Part shown: one piece after another, positions 12,581 to 26,047 of the stretch
Position numbering within the stretch: the first letter of the stretch is position 1
Layout: every line of letters starts with the position of its first letter
From: Phoronis australis
Taxonomy: Eukaryota > Animalia > Phoronida
Reading direction: 5' to 3'
Assembly (NCBI GenBank): GCA_002633005.1
Contig: NMRA01000178.1
Span: 410,062-474,061, forward strand
Length of the DNA stretch: 64,000 bases
Notes under the pieces: model-generated
What the model was told of the DNA's origin: nothing
The model's input: the letters and a program-made list of their open reading frames with translations, nothing else
Database searches by the model: none
Made by a program: the position numbers and the translations under genes

Positions 12581-14170
12581 CGTCGACAAACAAACAATAA
12601 TTTTATCCGGCAAGGTGTTGTTTGTCGGGTAAAATGGCGGCTTGGAAACAAAGGTGTGTCAAAAATGCTAAATTCTGATTGGTCACTTAAGCCGTCACTC
12701 AAAGTCCTGGCGATGTAAGATGTCTAAATAAAGCGTTGTTTTTATGTGTGACGGAAAGCGTGTTTGTAGTCGCGTAGTTGAGAATTCAAAGCCTAGCATC
12801 TCACGTGATCTTTTCACGCAGCCTACAATGGCAAATACACGGTCCAATGCGTGGCTTGAAAAGGGCAAAATGCCGTTCATACGATGTTGTTTACACTCGA
12901 GTGTATTTATGTATGGTATACATTTTTGTCGAGTAAACGTAAATGCACCCGGGTGCTTACTTACGTATATTTCTTCGTGTAAATGTGAATTTATAGATGT
13001 GCAAATATACATCTGCACATGTATTCATTTTATTGCTTACCTAAGATATTTGAAAAAGTTGTACGCAATCAACTTTAATCCTTTCTACAAGCCAACAACG
13101 CTCTTTACGAATATCAATATGGTTTTCGTAAATTTTCGATTAAGCTAGTTGCACTTGAATGAAATTATTGAAAGTATACCAATTCACTGTACTTATTGAT
13201 ATTTCAAAAGCCTTTCACGCCTTAGACTGTGGCATTTTGTCTCACAAACTACTTCGTTGTAGAATAGTTGATACTCAGTTAAAATGGTTCACAAGTTATC
13301 TTCATAACAGGCAGCTGTAAAGTTGTTGCGATAATTAAAACTCCTCCCTCCTTTGAATCACAACAGGTGCGTCACAAGTCTCAATCCTGCATGGACCCAC
13401 TACTGTTCTTGCTACAGACTTCTCTACCAATCTGGATGCTTTTGTGTAGGTTGACGTCACTTTTCTTACAACACAGCTGAGCATAGACACAAGAAACATA
13501 ATGTCAATTACTCAGCATTTCGCAATGCAGAATGCGTACTTCTGACTGACTGGTTTGTAGTCAACAAACCAGCCTTAAAGACTTCTATGTTCTTTTCTTT
13601 CATCCTCAGAAGTACATTATAAAATAGGCAGTTTCAAGAAGTCAATAACCTATGTTACTGCCTTCAAACTTCTCCGAATACACTTCGGTGACAGCCTGAC
13701 TTCGAATAAGTGCGTTCAACAAATATCAACTAAGATGGGAAAAACAAATAGAATCTTAACTTAAGTTCTTTCTTCAGAACACACATTCTACATTTGATAC
13801 GTAAATGACTTGTTTACCCCCATCTCACGTAAGTACTTGCTAGGCATTCAACAATTCAGAGTCTACAGCCGTATGATGCTAAAAGGTAAATGTATATCAC
13901 AAATAACCGATAAATGACCATTCTTTAATTTTAAACGGTTTTATTTAAGCGATGTTATAAGGAGCCGACTTGCTAAAAGTCGAACACAGCTGAATTGCAC
14001 GTCACAGTCCGATACGAACGGGAATCATGAAGTGTGAGTAAAAAACTTTTGTTTTGTGCGAGTCTGCACGGCGTGTAGAGGAAAGAACGCCGCCATTAGT
14101 ACCTTTCGTCAACTAGTATGAGGATGGCAACTTCCAACCCCGTCGACAATTTTCTATCGAATACAATTTG

Positions 14171-14418
14171 ATGCGCGCTCCCAGCCTTTAGTATGGGGGA
14201 GCTCAAATTTCTGACGAAGTGGACCTTTTGCTAACAAAAAAGCTGGAGGACTAAAGAAAAAACGAGGTACCACCTTCAGAACTGTGAACTGTGCGTCTGC
14301 GCCTTTTTAAGTGGACTTTGTCTCGTTTTCTCGGACTTTTTGTTTCTCTGAGACGGAACTTTTTGCCCAATTCGCCAAATTGGGGGGCTCGTTCGAGCCC
14401 CCCTTGGGTGCGCCCATG
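14171..14418. mobile_element. Probable short MITE with GC-rich termini
   Basis: atgcgcgctcccag at the left vs reverse-complemented right end catgggcgcacccaag; G/C runs just inside both ends. Confidence 0.4.
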
Positions 14419-14759
14419 CGCTCACACGGCCTCTGTGCCCGGTCAATTACCTTTGTTGCCGGCATCAAAACCCGGTAACGCAGTGGTTTATTCATTGCTG
14501 TCTTCTCAAAACATTTGCACTCACGAGCACTCCAAGGCATTACAAATTGTATCTAATGAGACAGACTTTGTTTCAATTTCATGTAAGCATTGGTTAGGAT
14601 CATTTTAGGATGAGAATAATTCATTTTGAAACAGAACGCAGAATACTAAAGTCTACATGGCAACTCGCCCGCCGGCTTTAATCCCGACTTAAGTTAGTCA
14701 AGAGCTCATCCGACGAAGACTTCACGGGTCGGATCGTTAGGATTCACAGACTATCAGTT

Positions 14760-15060
14760 CAAACCGGAATACACTGATCAAGAAATACTGGAGGGGCCGT
14801 GAACATGCATAGGCAACGGAACGTATGGATAGTTCTTTGGTAAGCAGGCCACACACATGGAGATGTTTCACGGCCTCATACTTGCTATTAACAGTGTACC
14901 TTTCCGAGCCATTTCCTAAGCATTTTGGGCTCTCTAGGAAGTCGAAAAAACGATATACCTGCTTTCTTCGCAGCTTCATGGCTCGGACAAGCGGGAACCA
15001 TGGATGCACCACAATATAGCGGCAATTGACTCTGCAGACGAACCACTGACGTCGCTGCGT
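14760..15060 (-). pseudogene. THAP zinc-finger remnant (transposon-derived)
   Basis: YCGASMVPAC...GISFFRLPREPKMLRKWLGKV, then after a frameshift KHLHVC. This is the C..C / SFFRxP / W / xVC layout of a THAP domain. Confidence 0.7.
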
Positions 15061-17619
15061 CGTTTCTCACCTTCTTCACTGCCGGGTTGACGCGACACCT
15101 CTCGGCAAGATGAAGTCGACCGTATAAGAGGCGATGTGGATATAGACCGATTAAGACGGTAAAAAAGACTAATTAAATCGGGTGGCATTCTCTTTTAACT
15201 TACTTATCGTATGTGGTATGTAAGTGACACCTTGTGTGCATTTAGATAAGATAACATCCGGGCAATTTGTTGTTTGCTTGAAATCAACGACATTCACCGC
15301 ATTAATATTTCACCTTTCATACGGACATCATAATACAAATGTAATAAAAAACCCTAAACAGTGAAATTGGAAGCGAGGATTGTCAAAGAACAAGAGGCCT
15401 CCGGCTTGGTTTCGAAATTGTTGCTGCGTCTGCTTACAGCATGCAAAGCACCAAGCACGTTTTAAAACCCGGAGTTTCAACCGTTTTCTTAGAAAGTTAT
15501 GGTGTTTTAAAAGTATAGCTACTTTCTAGGAATAAAGTTCTTAGAATAAAAATGCTTTTATGATGATATGCAGTTGAATTGCTATTTTTAACATTTGCAA
15601 GTATGTTGCACTGTCGTTTTCGTGTTTGTATTTCTTCACCGATGAATATGAAATTTGCGCACGACTATTGACTCTTCAAAGCGAGTCATTAATGATTCAA
15701 GTATGTGTGTTATGGAACGCACCTCCAGTATGCGGTAGCTGATAAGCAAAGTTGTTGCGCACAAAGATGTCGATGATATAGCAAATTTATTGAGATAGTT
15801 GCTGTCACTGTCAGTTCCACTTCATCATCAAGCAAACTGGTTGTTCAACTGGTACGACTATTCCTCAGCGTCAACATGATTAACATACTCGATTTGATTA
15901 AAACACTTAATCTGAGTGAAAGCGGGCAACCGTGCGGTAAGAAACGCCGCGAGACCTTCAAAACAAATTTAACGTGCTGATTTTGGAGCCGACCAAACAC
16001 TTGGAAACTCAAGCTGTGTTCCGTATTCTGTAAGAGATCAGCTTGCACTTACGGAATAATAAATGTAAATGAAACAGTTAATTTAATTTCACTATTCAAC
16101 ACTCTCACTCCTGTCACTTGTCAATCACTTCAGTGGCCGACATTTTGTTAGAATAAGCTGATGAACCTCAGAGCATACTCGCGAAACTTTCAAGGTTTTT
16201 CGCAAGAAACCGTGGTTTGTGAAACGCTCTCCCTTTTTACGTACCGTATTTGCAAGTAGTTTCGAACACAGACTCTATTGGTGCTGAAGATATCAGACAT
16301 CTGTTTCTTGATTGGTCAATCAAGGATGAGGTCAAATGGTAAGTTCAAGTCAGCTGAACATAAAAATTATGCTTTTACAACCAGCTTGAGCAGTAACCGA
16401 GTTTATAGTTGCGGGTAAAAGTTATGATTACCATGCCTACTCGCCATGGATATTTCACTCAGTCCATCTCTATAATTTGTTCATCTGTTTTGCCGCGTTC
16501 CGGAGACGCAAGAAATTCTCGAAAGCGCAGGACCACGCTAATCTTCGCGAGATATCGCCGTTCATTGCAGATAAAGCTAGTGATCACACTAGTCTTGCTC
16601 GTAAGTCTACGGTTACATTACAACAGTACATTCTATTTTCGTATCGCATAATGGTTAAACGAAAATCAACACCATGCAATCAACATTAGAAACATTTGAA
16701 TAACCATGATCTCATATGAGAGAAATAAGAGACAAATTGATATGTTGACACCATACTCAAATGCTAATAGTGTCTGAGTTCGAGACTATGTCCTCTTAGG
16801 AGTTGGGGAGCATCAACAGTCGCCAGCATACACGCAGGACATTGTTCGGTGTGTCTGCTTTATAATTTTTCGTTTATTAACATGTATTGACCTCAAACAT
16901 AAAACAATGCTACACAATAAAACGTAACACAACACTGAATAAACGCTGATGGAAACAGGCTGATAGATATAAACTAAAAGGAACTACAAATAAGATCAAA
17001 GCACAAGTAAAAGAAATTCGGTTAGAAAATGACAATCAATGTGCGGATGAAACGAAAAAGTCGTTACACATTTCCATCGCAGTCCGTCTTATACAGTACG
17101 TTTAATACCTGAAAAATTAGTTAAATAATAAATACACTGTAGATGCATACACCAATAAAAAGTAAATAAATGAATAACTAAAAACAATATAATAACAAAA
17201 CAAAATAATTAAGTACACAAGACGATTAACATGACGACATGTAGACTAAGTATGACTTTAGGAAGACCGCATACTGAAAAAAGTCTTATGGCGGGATTTT
17301 CAATGAATGATGTCATGCAACTAAAAATATGTAAAGGGATTCGCCGTTTAAAAAATATGAAATAAAAATTGTTTACGCTTGGTGCTGAATTTTAGGAGAG
17401 ATTTTAGTTTCCCTGCCTTTTTAGAGTATTCACAAAACCTGGCATTACACAAGCGCATTAGAGGCTAAGAATTAAAGTGATTGGTGGCTGGCCTTGTTGG
17501 GAGGATCAGCCCTCGTTGCAGATACTTGGCGTCATTTTTCGACGATTCATGAGCCGGAAGAGATTTGAGTCGACTAGGAACCAGTGAAACGTGTAATGTG
17601 AATAGCGCTGACTACTTAA

Positions 17620-18013
17620 CAGGGCCTTCCCGGATTACACAGCGACACTCGAATCTCGCAATGCCCTAAACATCCGTCGGGTAGGCCTACATTCGCTGCC
17701 TCGTTTTCCTGCCATTGGAGTTTCACATGACTTGTTGTTGTCTGATTCTTTACAAGTTTTTCTCAGTTGCATTACTCTATACGTCCTTCCAATGACAACG
17801 GAGTATTACTACTGTGTTGTAGGCTACACCTCCGACGTGAGAAAGTTTGATAGACTGAACAAAAATCCGAGGATGTGTGATGTGAAGTTCTTTAACTTCC
17901 CGACATCAATGAGAGACTCGAAAAATGTGTCTGATTTCCAAAACGAGGTCACGTGCTTTCTTATCTCCGGAACGAAGGAGAGCTCTATAGCCGTGTAATC
18001 CAGGACAGCCCTT
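17620..18013 (+). mobile_element. Kolobok-like MITE with TTAA target duplication and THAP N-terminal remnant
   Basis: ttaa|cagggccttcccggattacac ... gtgtaatccaggacagccctt|ttaa (17/21 TIR match). Internal YYCVVGYTSD...DVKFFNFP is THAP-like. TTAA TSD plus THAP is characteristic of Kolobok. Confidence 0.7.
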
Positions 18014-21000
18014 TTAAAACTTTTTTGCAGATCATCCCAATGTTTCGCCACGGAAGAAATTCGTTCCCTTGGCAAACCAAGAAGTTGGGTAAACAATGTG
18101 TTATTGTCTGTCATTATGCATATTATTAGTAATGTGTTAATATTAAAATTAGCGTGAATTAATAACACAGAGCATAATGCCGCGAGAGTGCTGGGTGTGT
18201 GTGTGGGGGGGACTTGTGAGAGGGAGGGAGAGTGGGTAGGGGTGGGGTATCACGAAAGTATTCAAAGAATTGCAAACATCCTATGCAGACTATTGAGCTG
18301 CCAATTTTTTGTCGATGTTTTATTTAACTTTCAAACTATTTTTACCAAAAACGCTTAACGTTCCGTTTAATGAAGATAGCTTTTTCAATGTTGACTGCCA
18401 CCTCAGACACGGCCACTTTTAATTTTGCAGCAAATTCTACATTTTATTCAGTTAATCGCAGGCTACTGATCTCCCTAAACCACTACTGGTGACGTAACCT
18501 GCACTACATCACTCTTATGACTCTATTTCATTAGGTGCAATAAAGACCATTGGAAACTACATATATTTTACAGCTGCCCTTTATTAAAGATCAAACATTT
18601 GGTGAAAACAGCAGGCAGCCAATAAAAAGGAAAACTTGAATGGATGCACCAGAGTTTACCTCGTCCAATAATGAAACGACATAAAGAACAGGCATGCTTG
18701 TCGTATTTATCATCCGGGACAAGGCTTTCAAATAAAAGCAAACATGGCAAAGACCACACTTAAGATAGGCACTCAATCGTTTACCTGCGATATCGATGAC
18801 TGTTTGGAACTTTAAAGTAAACCCAACTTGACAATGGCTGGAAGTCTGCAGAGAGACTCTCAACAAACCACTTCGGTCGCATGTGAAGAACTGGCTTGCA
18901 TTCCTGGTCGATATTGTCTTTGACGCTGCAACTGAATTTGCAACAACGTGAGCGACATCTAATGTTTAAAGCAACACTGTTCAGAAAATCGTCATCTGCC
19001 AGCAGCTTTTGATTCTCATAGTCAGGTCTCGACTCGTACAGCTGAATAGCGTGTGTTACATTGGGTATTACGCAGGTAAGTTTATTCGATTGATTTTTCG
19101 CGTTTTTATTAAAAAGGCGCAGTCCAGACACGATGGCAGCGCTTGCTCACACTCACACCATAGACTAGTAATAGTAGCTATTAATTCTTGTCGATTATCT
19201 ATACCTACACGTCGTTTCACGCTCGTTGGTTTTACGTGGATTTGTTATTTTACGCTCGTGCTCCTAGCGTGATACACGAACTTACTGTAAGCTTCTCACC
19301 GTGATTATATGATCTACCAGCCCCCGGATTGCGTTTGTAACATGACCATCAGAATTGTCTTTGGTGCCCATAATTTACGAACGTAATTTATGGGCGACAC
19401 ATTTCCCCACAACATTGTCTTGAAAGGAGCATTTCGCTTCTGTTCATCTGTCAATGTTGAATTCTTTACAGAAGTGCTGCTTAAAAACAATGCCACGCTC
19501 ACACGTTATTGAATCCCGGTGCTGCCAAACAGTGTGAAAACGCCTATTTCATTTTTAATTTTAGCCAGCTGAACAGTTCGAAGTGCAGCTTTAAGTCACC
19601 TTGTAGCAGTGGCTCAGCACCAACGCTGGATTTTGCATGTAATTACAATGAAACAAGGGGTTATTATCCAACTGGGTGGAAAATTATACCATTATGCCAT
19701 TATACTATTACACCATGCCGGTGTTCAACATGGTTTGCGTCAATCCCACTGGTGAGTCTAAGGGTATTTTGGAGTGAAAAGTGTCAATTTTGGGTTTGTT
19801 TGTACCCTTTTTTCTTAACCTACCTTGCTTATAGTAGGAGTGAAAGGACCAAAAATACATGACACAATAAAGCTATTGTGCTCATCTGCAGGGCTTTTGA
19901 TGTGAAATTACTCAAAGCATGTTATTCCATGCATACGGTTTTCGAAAGAGTGAAGAAAAGTGATAAGTGGATTGATGTGCGTTTTTCTAGGCAAAACCAA
20001 GTGAGAACTGTTCCGTGCCTTCCGTGGGAATCCGTCCGGATGACGTCAGAGCGCCACCTGGGCAGTGAATTGATGATGAAGGATGCGCAATGTGTGGGAA
20101 TCAAAGCGCATACATTGGTTTGAACGCTTGTAGTATAGATGGGGAACGGGAATAACCAGTAAAATGTAGGGATTAGTTTTGTTGTTTTGCTTGCGTGTGT
20201 CAAATAACACGCACTTGTGTGGAATTCATTGATAGTATGTTCTTGTGGTTGAATTTCTCAATAGATGGAGCAGCACACTTAGAATGAACATTGTATTCCA
20301 GCCAACAAGAATGTTCTAATTTTACTTCATTCTGTTATTCATTGAGGAAGCAATGCCGTGTGATGCACAATGCTGCACAGGCAAGGCGTATGCGGGAGAC
20401 ACTGCCAGTACAACTCTCACCTTAAACCCCACACGCGACCTAGCGATGCTCCGGTTACCTTACCCCTTATCCACTACCGACAATGGATTTATCTAATTAG
20501 TTACACAGTTCAACAAAAGACCAGAGTCGGGTGAGTGTTTCCGTTGTACTGATGCAGTGTTCGCCATTAGACATTCTGGTAAATGACAGAGGTTGTTTAC
20601 TGAATGTGTGTAAAATTAACACATAATATGGCTGCCAATAGCTTTTTTAATCCACGGTTGAATTTGCCTCCCTCAGTTGCATAAAAAAATTCGTTTGCTG
20701 GAGTAGCTGAGCATGTTGATTTTTGCCCTTTTGGTTTTTAAGTCTGTTCTTAAACCTTTATTGCTTGTTATATGAAGGAGTTTGTCAGCCTGAATGTACT
20801 GTGGAATGGTACCGGAATCAGTTTTTGTACCTTAACACGTTACGTGCGATACGCGATTAGGGTACGAATTTCACCTTCAGGGGAGTATTTTTGTGAAATT
20901 CACTTTATTAGGGTGCCAAAAGGATGTGTATCTTGGGGTCGATTGATATAAATTTTATAGAGTTTCAGCCAGCATTAGTACATTGAAATATAGTTTTTTG

Positions 21001-22475
21001 AAAGATTAACTGTCCATGAATCAGTTAGTTTTCATAGATACAAAAACATTTAAATCAGAAATCATGGAACCTGCGCAGGGTACCACACAGGAAAAATACT
21101 TGTTATGTTGGTCCGTAACATGGCAACTCAATATAGATTGTGAAAACCAATGGCACACGCAGTGCGCTTATTAACACTTAATTGCAGTTTTGTTTCTTTT
21201 TCAAATCCGACAATTTTATGTTTAAAAATTTAAGCGATTTCCGAAGGCATTCGCGCACATACTTGACAGGGAGAATGAGAGACGGATCATAACACGAGGG
21301 TTGTTAGTCTTCAGACCCCACGAAATCTTCGAAATAAATAAGTGCTAATGTGAATTCTGGTTCTATCCAGTGGTGGCCTGTTACGTTTTATATGTTCAAC
21401 TTGCACCGTAAAAAGCGCAGAAATATTGGTTTACGATTGTCAGTACATGTACTGCGAGAACGTTTAACTTGTACACAAAGCCGACGCATTTCTATACCTT
21501 CTTTACAGACGTACGATAGAAGTGACGTCAGAGTGTGAATCCTGGGCCGGGATGGGATCCAAGATATGCTTTTTAACGAGACCATTTCCGCTCTGTCTTC
21601 GTACACAAGTTATAAAACAAGTCGCAACACAAGCCAATCAGGATTATAATCCGTACTCAACACGACATATAGTTTTTCAAAATAAACAGACTTAAAATAA
21701 AAAAAATAAAGTTCTATTCAAATATTTTGGTTGTCCAAAATTTCAGTGCGCCGGTAGTGGCTGGAATTAACAATATTTTTTGTTCATTTTTATCATTCTA
21801 GATGAAGACAGAAAATAAAACCACCCATGGTTCACAGCATGTTTGTCCTGCTAGGAAGACATGTAACCGCACCCTATTTGAAGTACGCGTTATAATTGTT
21901 TTAATTGTCGTTGGAGCGTCCTCTTACGAGACAGTTGTTTTTAAGTCTGTCCTTTCAATTTTGATAGAAAATAATGTGTGCGATTTTTAATAGATATTCA
22001 ATTGTTTACAACCAACTAACTTTGTTTAATAACACCAAAGTACACATGTTCAGATGATTTTCAGAAGTTATTTACGTCAAGTGGATACTGTGATCAGATT
22101 GATACGGAACTGACAGTAGTATGTAGGTATTTTATTTGTCGCGAGGTCGATAAATTTATCCTCATAAAACACTGATTTACATTTGACCCAAACATTGACG
22201 CACAGTTGTATCGAAAATAAAAAAGAGACGGATAAAAATGACCTACGATGTTATTCGCGTTGGTTTGAGCAGGTGAGTTGTTTACCGTCACCCGTGACTT
22301 CGTCACAATATAAGGCATTTAACCCACGTAAGCTCAAAGATTAAAGGTTGAGCAGTCTTTGAAGAATAATTGTTGAGCCGGGGGAAATCGTTAAAAGCTT
22401 TCAAATATTGTTCTTCAAAAAGTGAGATAGTTTATATTGAGTTCTCATATGCCCGAGTTCACTCGTCAGCTGAGT

Positions 22476-25400
22476 ATGCGTTACATTCTACATATAACGG
22501 TATGCCTCATTTTTGGACAATATGTTTTCTATTTAGCTAAATTAAGTTATAAACAAATTGCCTTTACGACATTTTATTGTTATTTTAGTTAACACATGTA
22601 TACTTCGAAAATCTCGATAGAAATCGAAAGTCTCGCTATCGTTTTCTTATTAAGGAAATTCCATGGACTTTCACATTACCTTGACCGCCATTACTATCGT
22701 TGTCATGAATTTTGTTACAGATATTTATCTAATTCACCCGGACATCTCATTTTACAGTGGTACGCTTTTTTTGCAGGCTCTCTTTTCCTTACTTTGGGGA
22801 TACGACTGCAAGAGCGTTTGTACCAAGGTGAGCTATAGAAATTTCTTTAAGTTCGTGCTTATGAATGTTCGTGATTTTCATTGGCCAGAAATTTTCAGTG
22901 AAGATTTATGTTCAGTAAACATCTATCCCTTATTTTCACCAGTTAAAAAACGCAGAACAAGTCTCCTCAATAGCAGAGCATCACTAGAATAGAACTCTTC
23001 GTGTAGTCATGTTGGGCGTTTTTTGGTTTTATGATATTGAATCATCATTGTTCATAAACAATAATTTTCCGCTGGAGGCCAATTTAATTGTTGGTGAACT
23101 ACCATAAATTCATAAAGATGACGTAAAAATGATATTGAATCCTACTTACAATTCTTAAAGTGACAACGTTGTGTATTGACATTAACCATTAGATTCAAGC
23201 CGACGATCTCAGCATTGTGCAGTTGTAACTACGCACTTGATTGTAAACCGGCTTCAGCAAGATCAACCAACAAAGAAATTTATGGGTTCCGGTAACGATT
23301 TCAGGTTCACGAACCGGATATCAAACTTCTTTGCCGGTGACCTGCAGCCGGAACACCAATGACATTTAATAACCTGATTTCCTTTCACAGGTGTTTATAT
23401 CTGTGAATATGCATACTTCAGGAGAGAACATGAACAGTTATTAAAATTTTCAGACTTCGATGAAAACTTAAATTTTTACAAGGGAACCAAAATACCTGAG
23501 GTGTTCCGAGTGGGTGATATGGTTGAATAGGCGTACGCTCGGCGTGCGTTAATCAAGTGCATTTTACGATCACAGTGCGTGTACTAGGCTCTCTAGGTCT
23601 CACAGAGGGCGTTCAGTATTGTTACGGTTAGTTTGGAACACTGGAGTATGTTAGCATGCATTTGAATCTGGTGAAGTTACGTGCCATCTGGTTGTTAATT
23701 ACAGAGTAAACGATGAGGTCAGTCGTAGTGCGTTTGTTTGAAATTCAGTCATATGGCACTTCGTTATACCGCTTGAAAGTCACATGACCTGCCGAGTGAC
23801 TTTTAAGTCTGCACATGCGCTCATAACGTTGAGACTACGAAAAGACCCGAGATGTTTCCGATGAGTAGAAGCTAACCGAATCCAGTCTCACGTGATTTGT
23901 CGCAAAACTGGCGTCAAATAACTCAACAACGAATGCTGGCCCTAACAACAATGTCACAGAGAGTGGTAGTTGCACACGTCAATGTTTTATGCTACTTTTC
24001 CTGATTGGGAAACCCCCAGTAGAAACGTTCAGGCCTTCTTCAGAACGTCAAGTGTCGACGTTGAGAAGCCCAGGCTTCATTTTGTATGTTGATGTCTAAA
24101 AGGAAAATAACACCTGTGTGTTTAAAATGGATCAAACATATAAAAAAGAACAACTCACTTTGGCAATATAAAGTTCCCTCTCCCCAACTCGTATGAATGT
24201 TGAAGACTAGTTTTGAAAGTACTCGCTGATGAACAAGTCGGTAGTATTTTACCTAATCAACTGAAAAAATTATCGTTTTGATTTTACAGGATTCCCAATG
24301 CGCAAACGACTCTATCTGCGTGAAATACAAGAGGAATAGGGCTTGTATCGCAAATAAAGGTACGAGAGACAAGAGCATGATCTTCAATTTACTGCTATCA
24401 CAAGAGTTTGCTCCTTACTAAAACCATCCTTCTTTACACTAGTAACAAACTCGTATTGCTCGATAGCCCGAAGGTTCACAAGTCTGTACGTCCATAAATT
24501 CTACAAATGCAAGTATTTTTAAAAGATCCATTTGCACGATGGTTCGCAATGGCGAATAAGTCTACAAGTGCCAAGGTCCATTAGTTTAGAAACGCGAATC
24601 CGTCATTACCAGAGAAGCCAAATTATTTTGAGGGGAAACAAAAGACTTCGACCATTGCGATAATGACAGCTTTTCAGATGCGCGTAGTGGACAGAACGTT
24701 GGTTTTAGAGAGGTCTACCGCATACAATTTGCGAAACATTTTGTTTGGTCGAATTTGCATACGTTAGGACTAATAAAAGCCTGAGATTTCAGACCTTCGG
24801 ACTAGTGAGCCTTCGATCTATCAATTTAGACCAGTGAAAAACATTTCACAAAGTAATCACAACGGTTTGGGACACTTTACACGTTGTACCTGCTTCATTT
24901 AATGATAAATATCCATACATTGTCCATTCCTTTCTGAAACAATGAATATACTTTTATTGTATGATTGTTTATATTTTTCGCGCATCATTTTCGAAAGAAA
25001 ATTCGTCGAAGTTTGAATATCTCAACTTGCAAAATTACGATCATTTTCGACCACCAACTATTAAAATACACCTTGCTCCAACTCTAGGATTCAGATGTTG
25101 TATCCTAGTCCAAAGAAACGCTTCATTGGACAATGAAAATTCGATTTATGAACAATTGAGCAAACGAATTAGTGAATTCACAAATATTGTTTTCCAGCTG
25201 TATGTCCCAGCGGTAACCTTGCTCAGCGAAATTCAAAAGACAAGGTCGTCTTCTGCTCCCATAACTTGCTGTGTAGCGCCGGTTACGTATGCAAGCAGAA
25301 CCAGGTGTATAAGTGGCTGTTCGTCTGTTGTCCTCAAGCCACAACCCAACCGGCTCCTTCACAGACGTGCCAGAATGGGGAAGCACCTTATCGAAATGCA

Positions 25401-25664
25401 GACGGCAAAATTGTGAATTGTGGAATGGGATCTGATCACGAGGAGTGTCCTTTCAATTACTATTGCAGACGCGACATTCGTTTTACAACCGCCGTCTGTT
25501 GTAGTCTGATGAAACCAGGGTTTTGTCCGTCAGACGTCAGTAGTGATGGGACCCCATGTAACGATGATGCGGAATGTCCTAACATGCAAAAATGCTGCCC
25601 GACAGGTGACGGAGAAGTGTTGAAGTGCGCCGATTCAGTATTAAAAAGCAAGATTCCCCTGTAA
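22476..25664 (+). CDS. Secreted cysteine-rich protein, ~203 aa: signal peptide + small Cys module + 2 Lustrin/WR1-type repeats + WAP-like domain (exons 22476-22499, 22777-22827, 24290-24359, 25198-25664)
   Basis: GT-AG exons join in frame (phases 0,0,1): MRYILHIT|ALFSLLWGYDCKSVCTK|DSQCANDSICVKYKRNRACIANK|AVCPSGN..VFCSHNLLCSAGYVC..VCCP..TCQNGE..VNC..ECPFNYYC..VCCSLMKPGFCP..PCNDDAECPNMQKCCP..KC..*. TATA-like tataag at ~22309. Exon 1 and the start codon (alternative in-frame ATG at 22449) are least certain. Confidence 0.8.
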
Positions 25665-25999
25665 GGATCAATGTGACCACCGATACGATGTATATATTCA
25701 AAACGTGAATTTAACCCGTGAATTTGAGAAAGTCGAGCACACATTTGGTCCCCGGGATCAACGGGTGGCTGTTCGATGTTTTCTCCGTAGATGGCTCTGA
25801 CACCTGCCGATGCACTATTATCTTCCTGAGCGACAACAGCATGATGCAATAATTTTATGTGACGGTTGGTATTCTTTTAAGGGAAGGAACGTCGAGTAAT
25901 GAACTGTGAAAAATTCTTATTTCGAAGTAAGTCTTAGTTTCATAGATGCTACGACACAACATGTACATGCGTACACGTATAAGCCAGCAGGAATGTANT

Positions 26000-26047
26000 A
26001 ATACTCTGCCCTGGCCCCCCTAAATAAAAATCCTGGATCCGCCACTG
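26000..26047. mobile_element. Right end of the hAT-like MITE (copy 3, cut at an N)
   Basis: atactctgccctggccccctaaataaaaatcctggatccgccactg matches the right ends of 4917-5085 and 27919-28077. Confidence 0.7.

Noticed and set aside
20390-20545. SINE-like body; also a tRNA-like start at ~56820
   Set aside because: No intact A/B boxes or second copy in the window; no functional tRNA can be folded.
22663-22776. ATG at 22663 as the start of the 203-aa gene
   Set aside because: It is in frame but gives a poor N-terminal signal peptide; the two-exon leader matching the paralogue's structure is preferred, though this start is not excluded.
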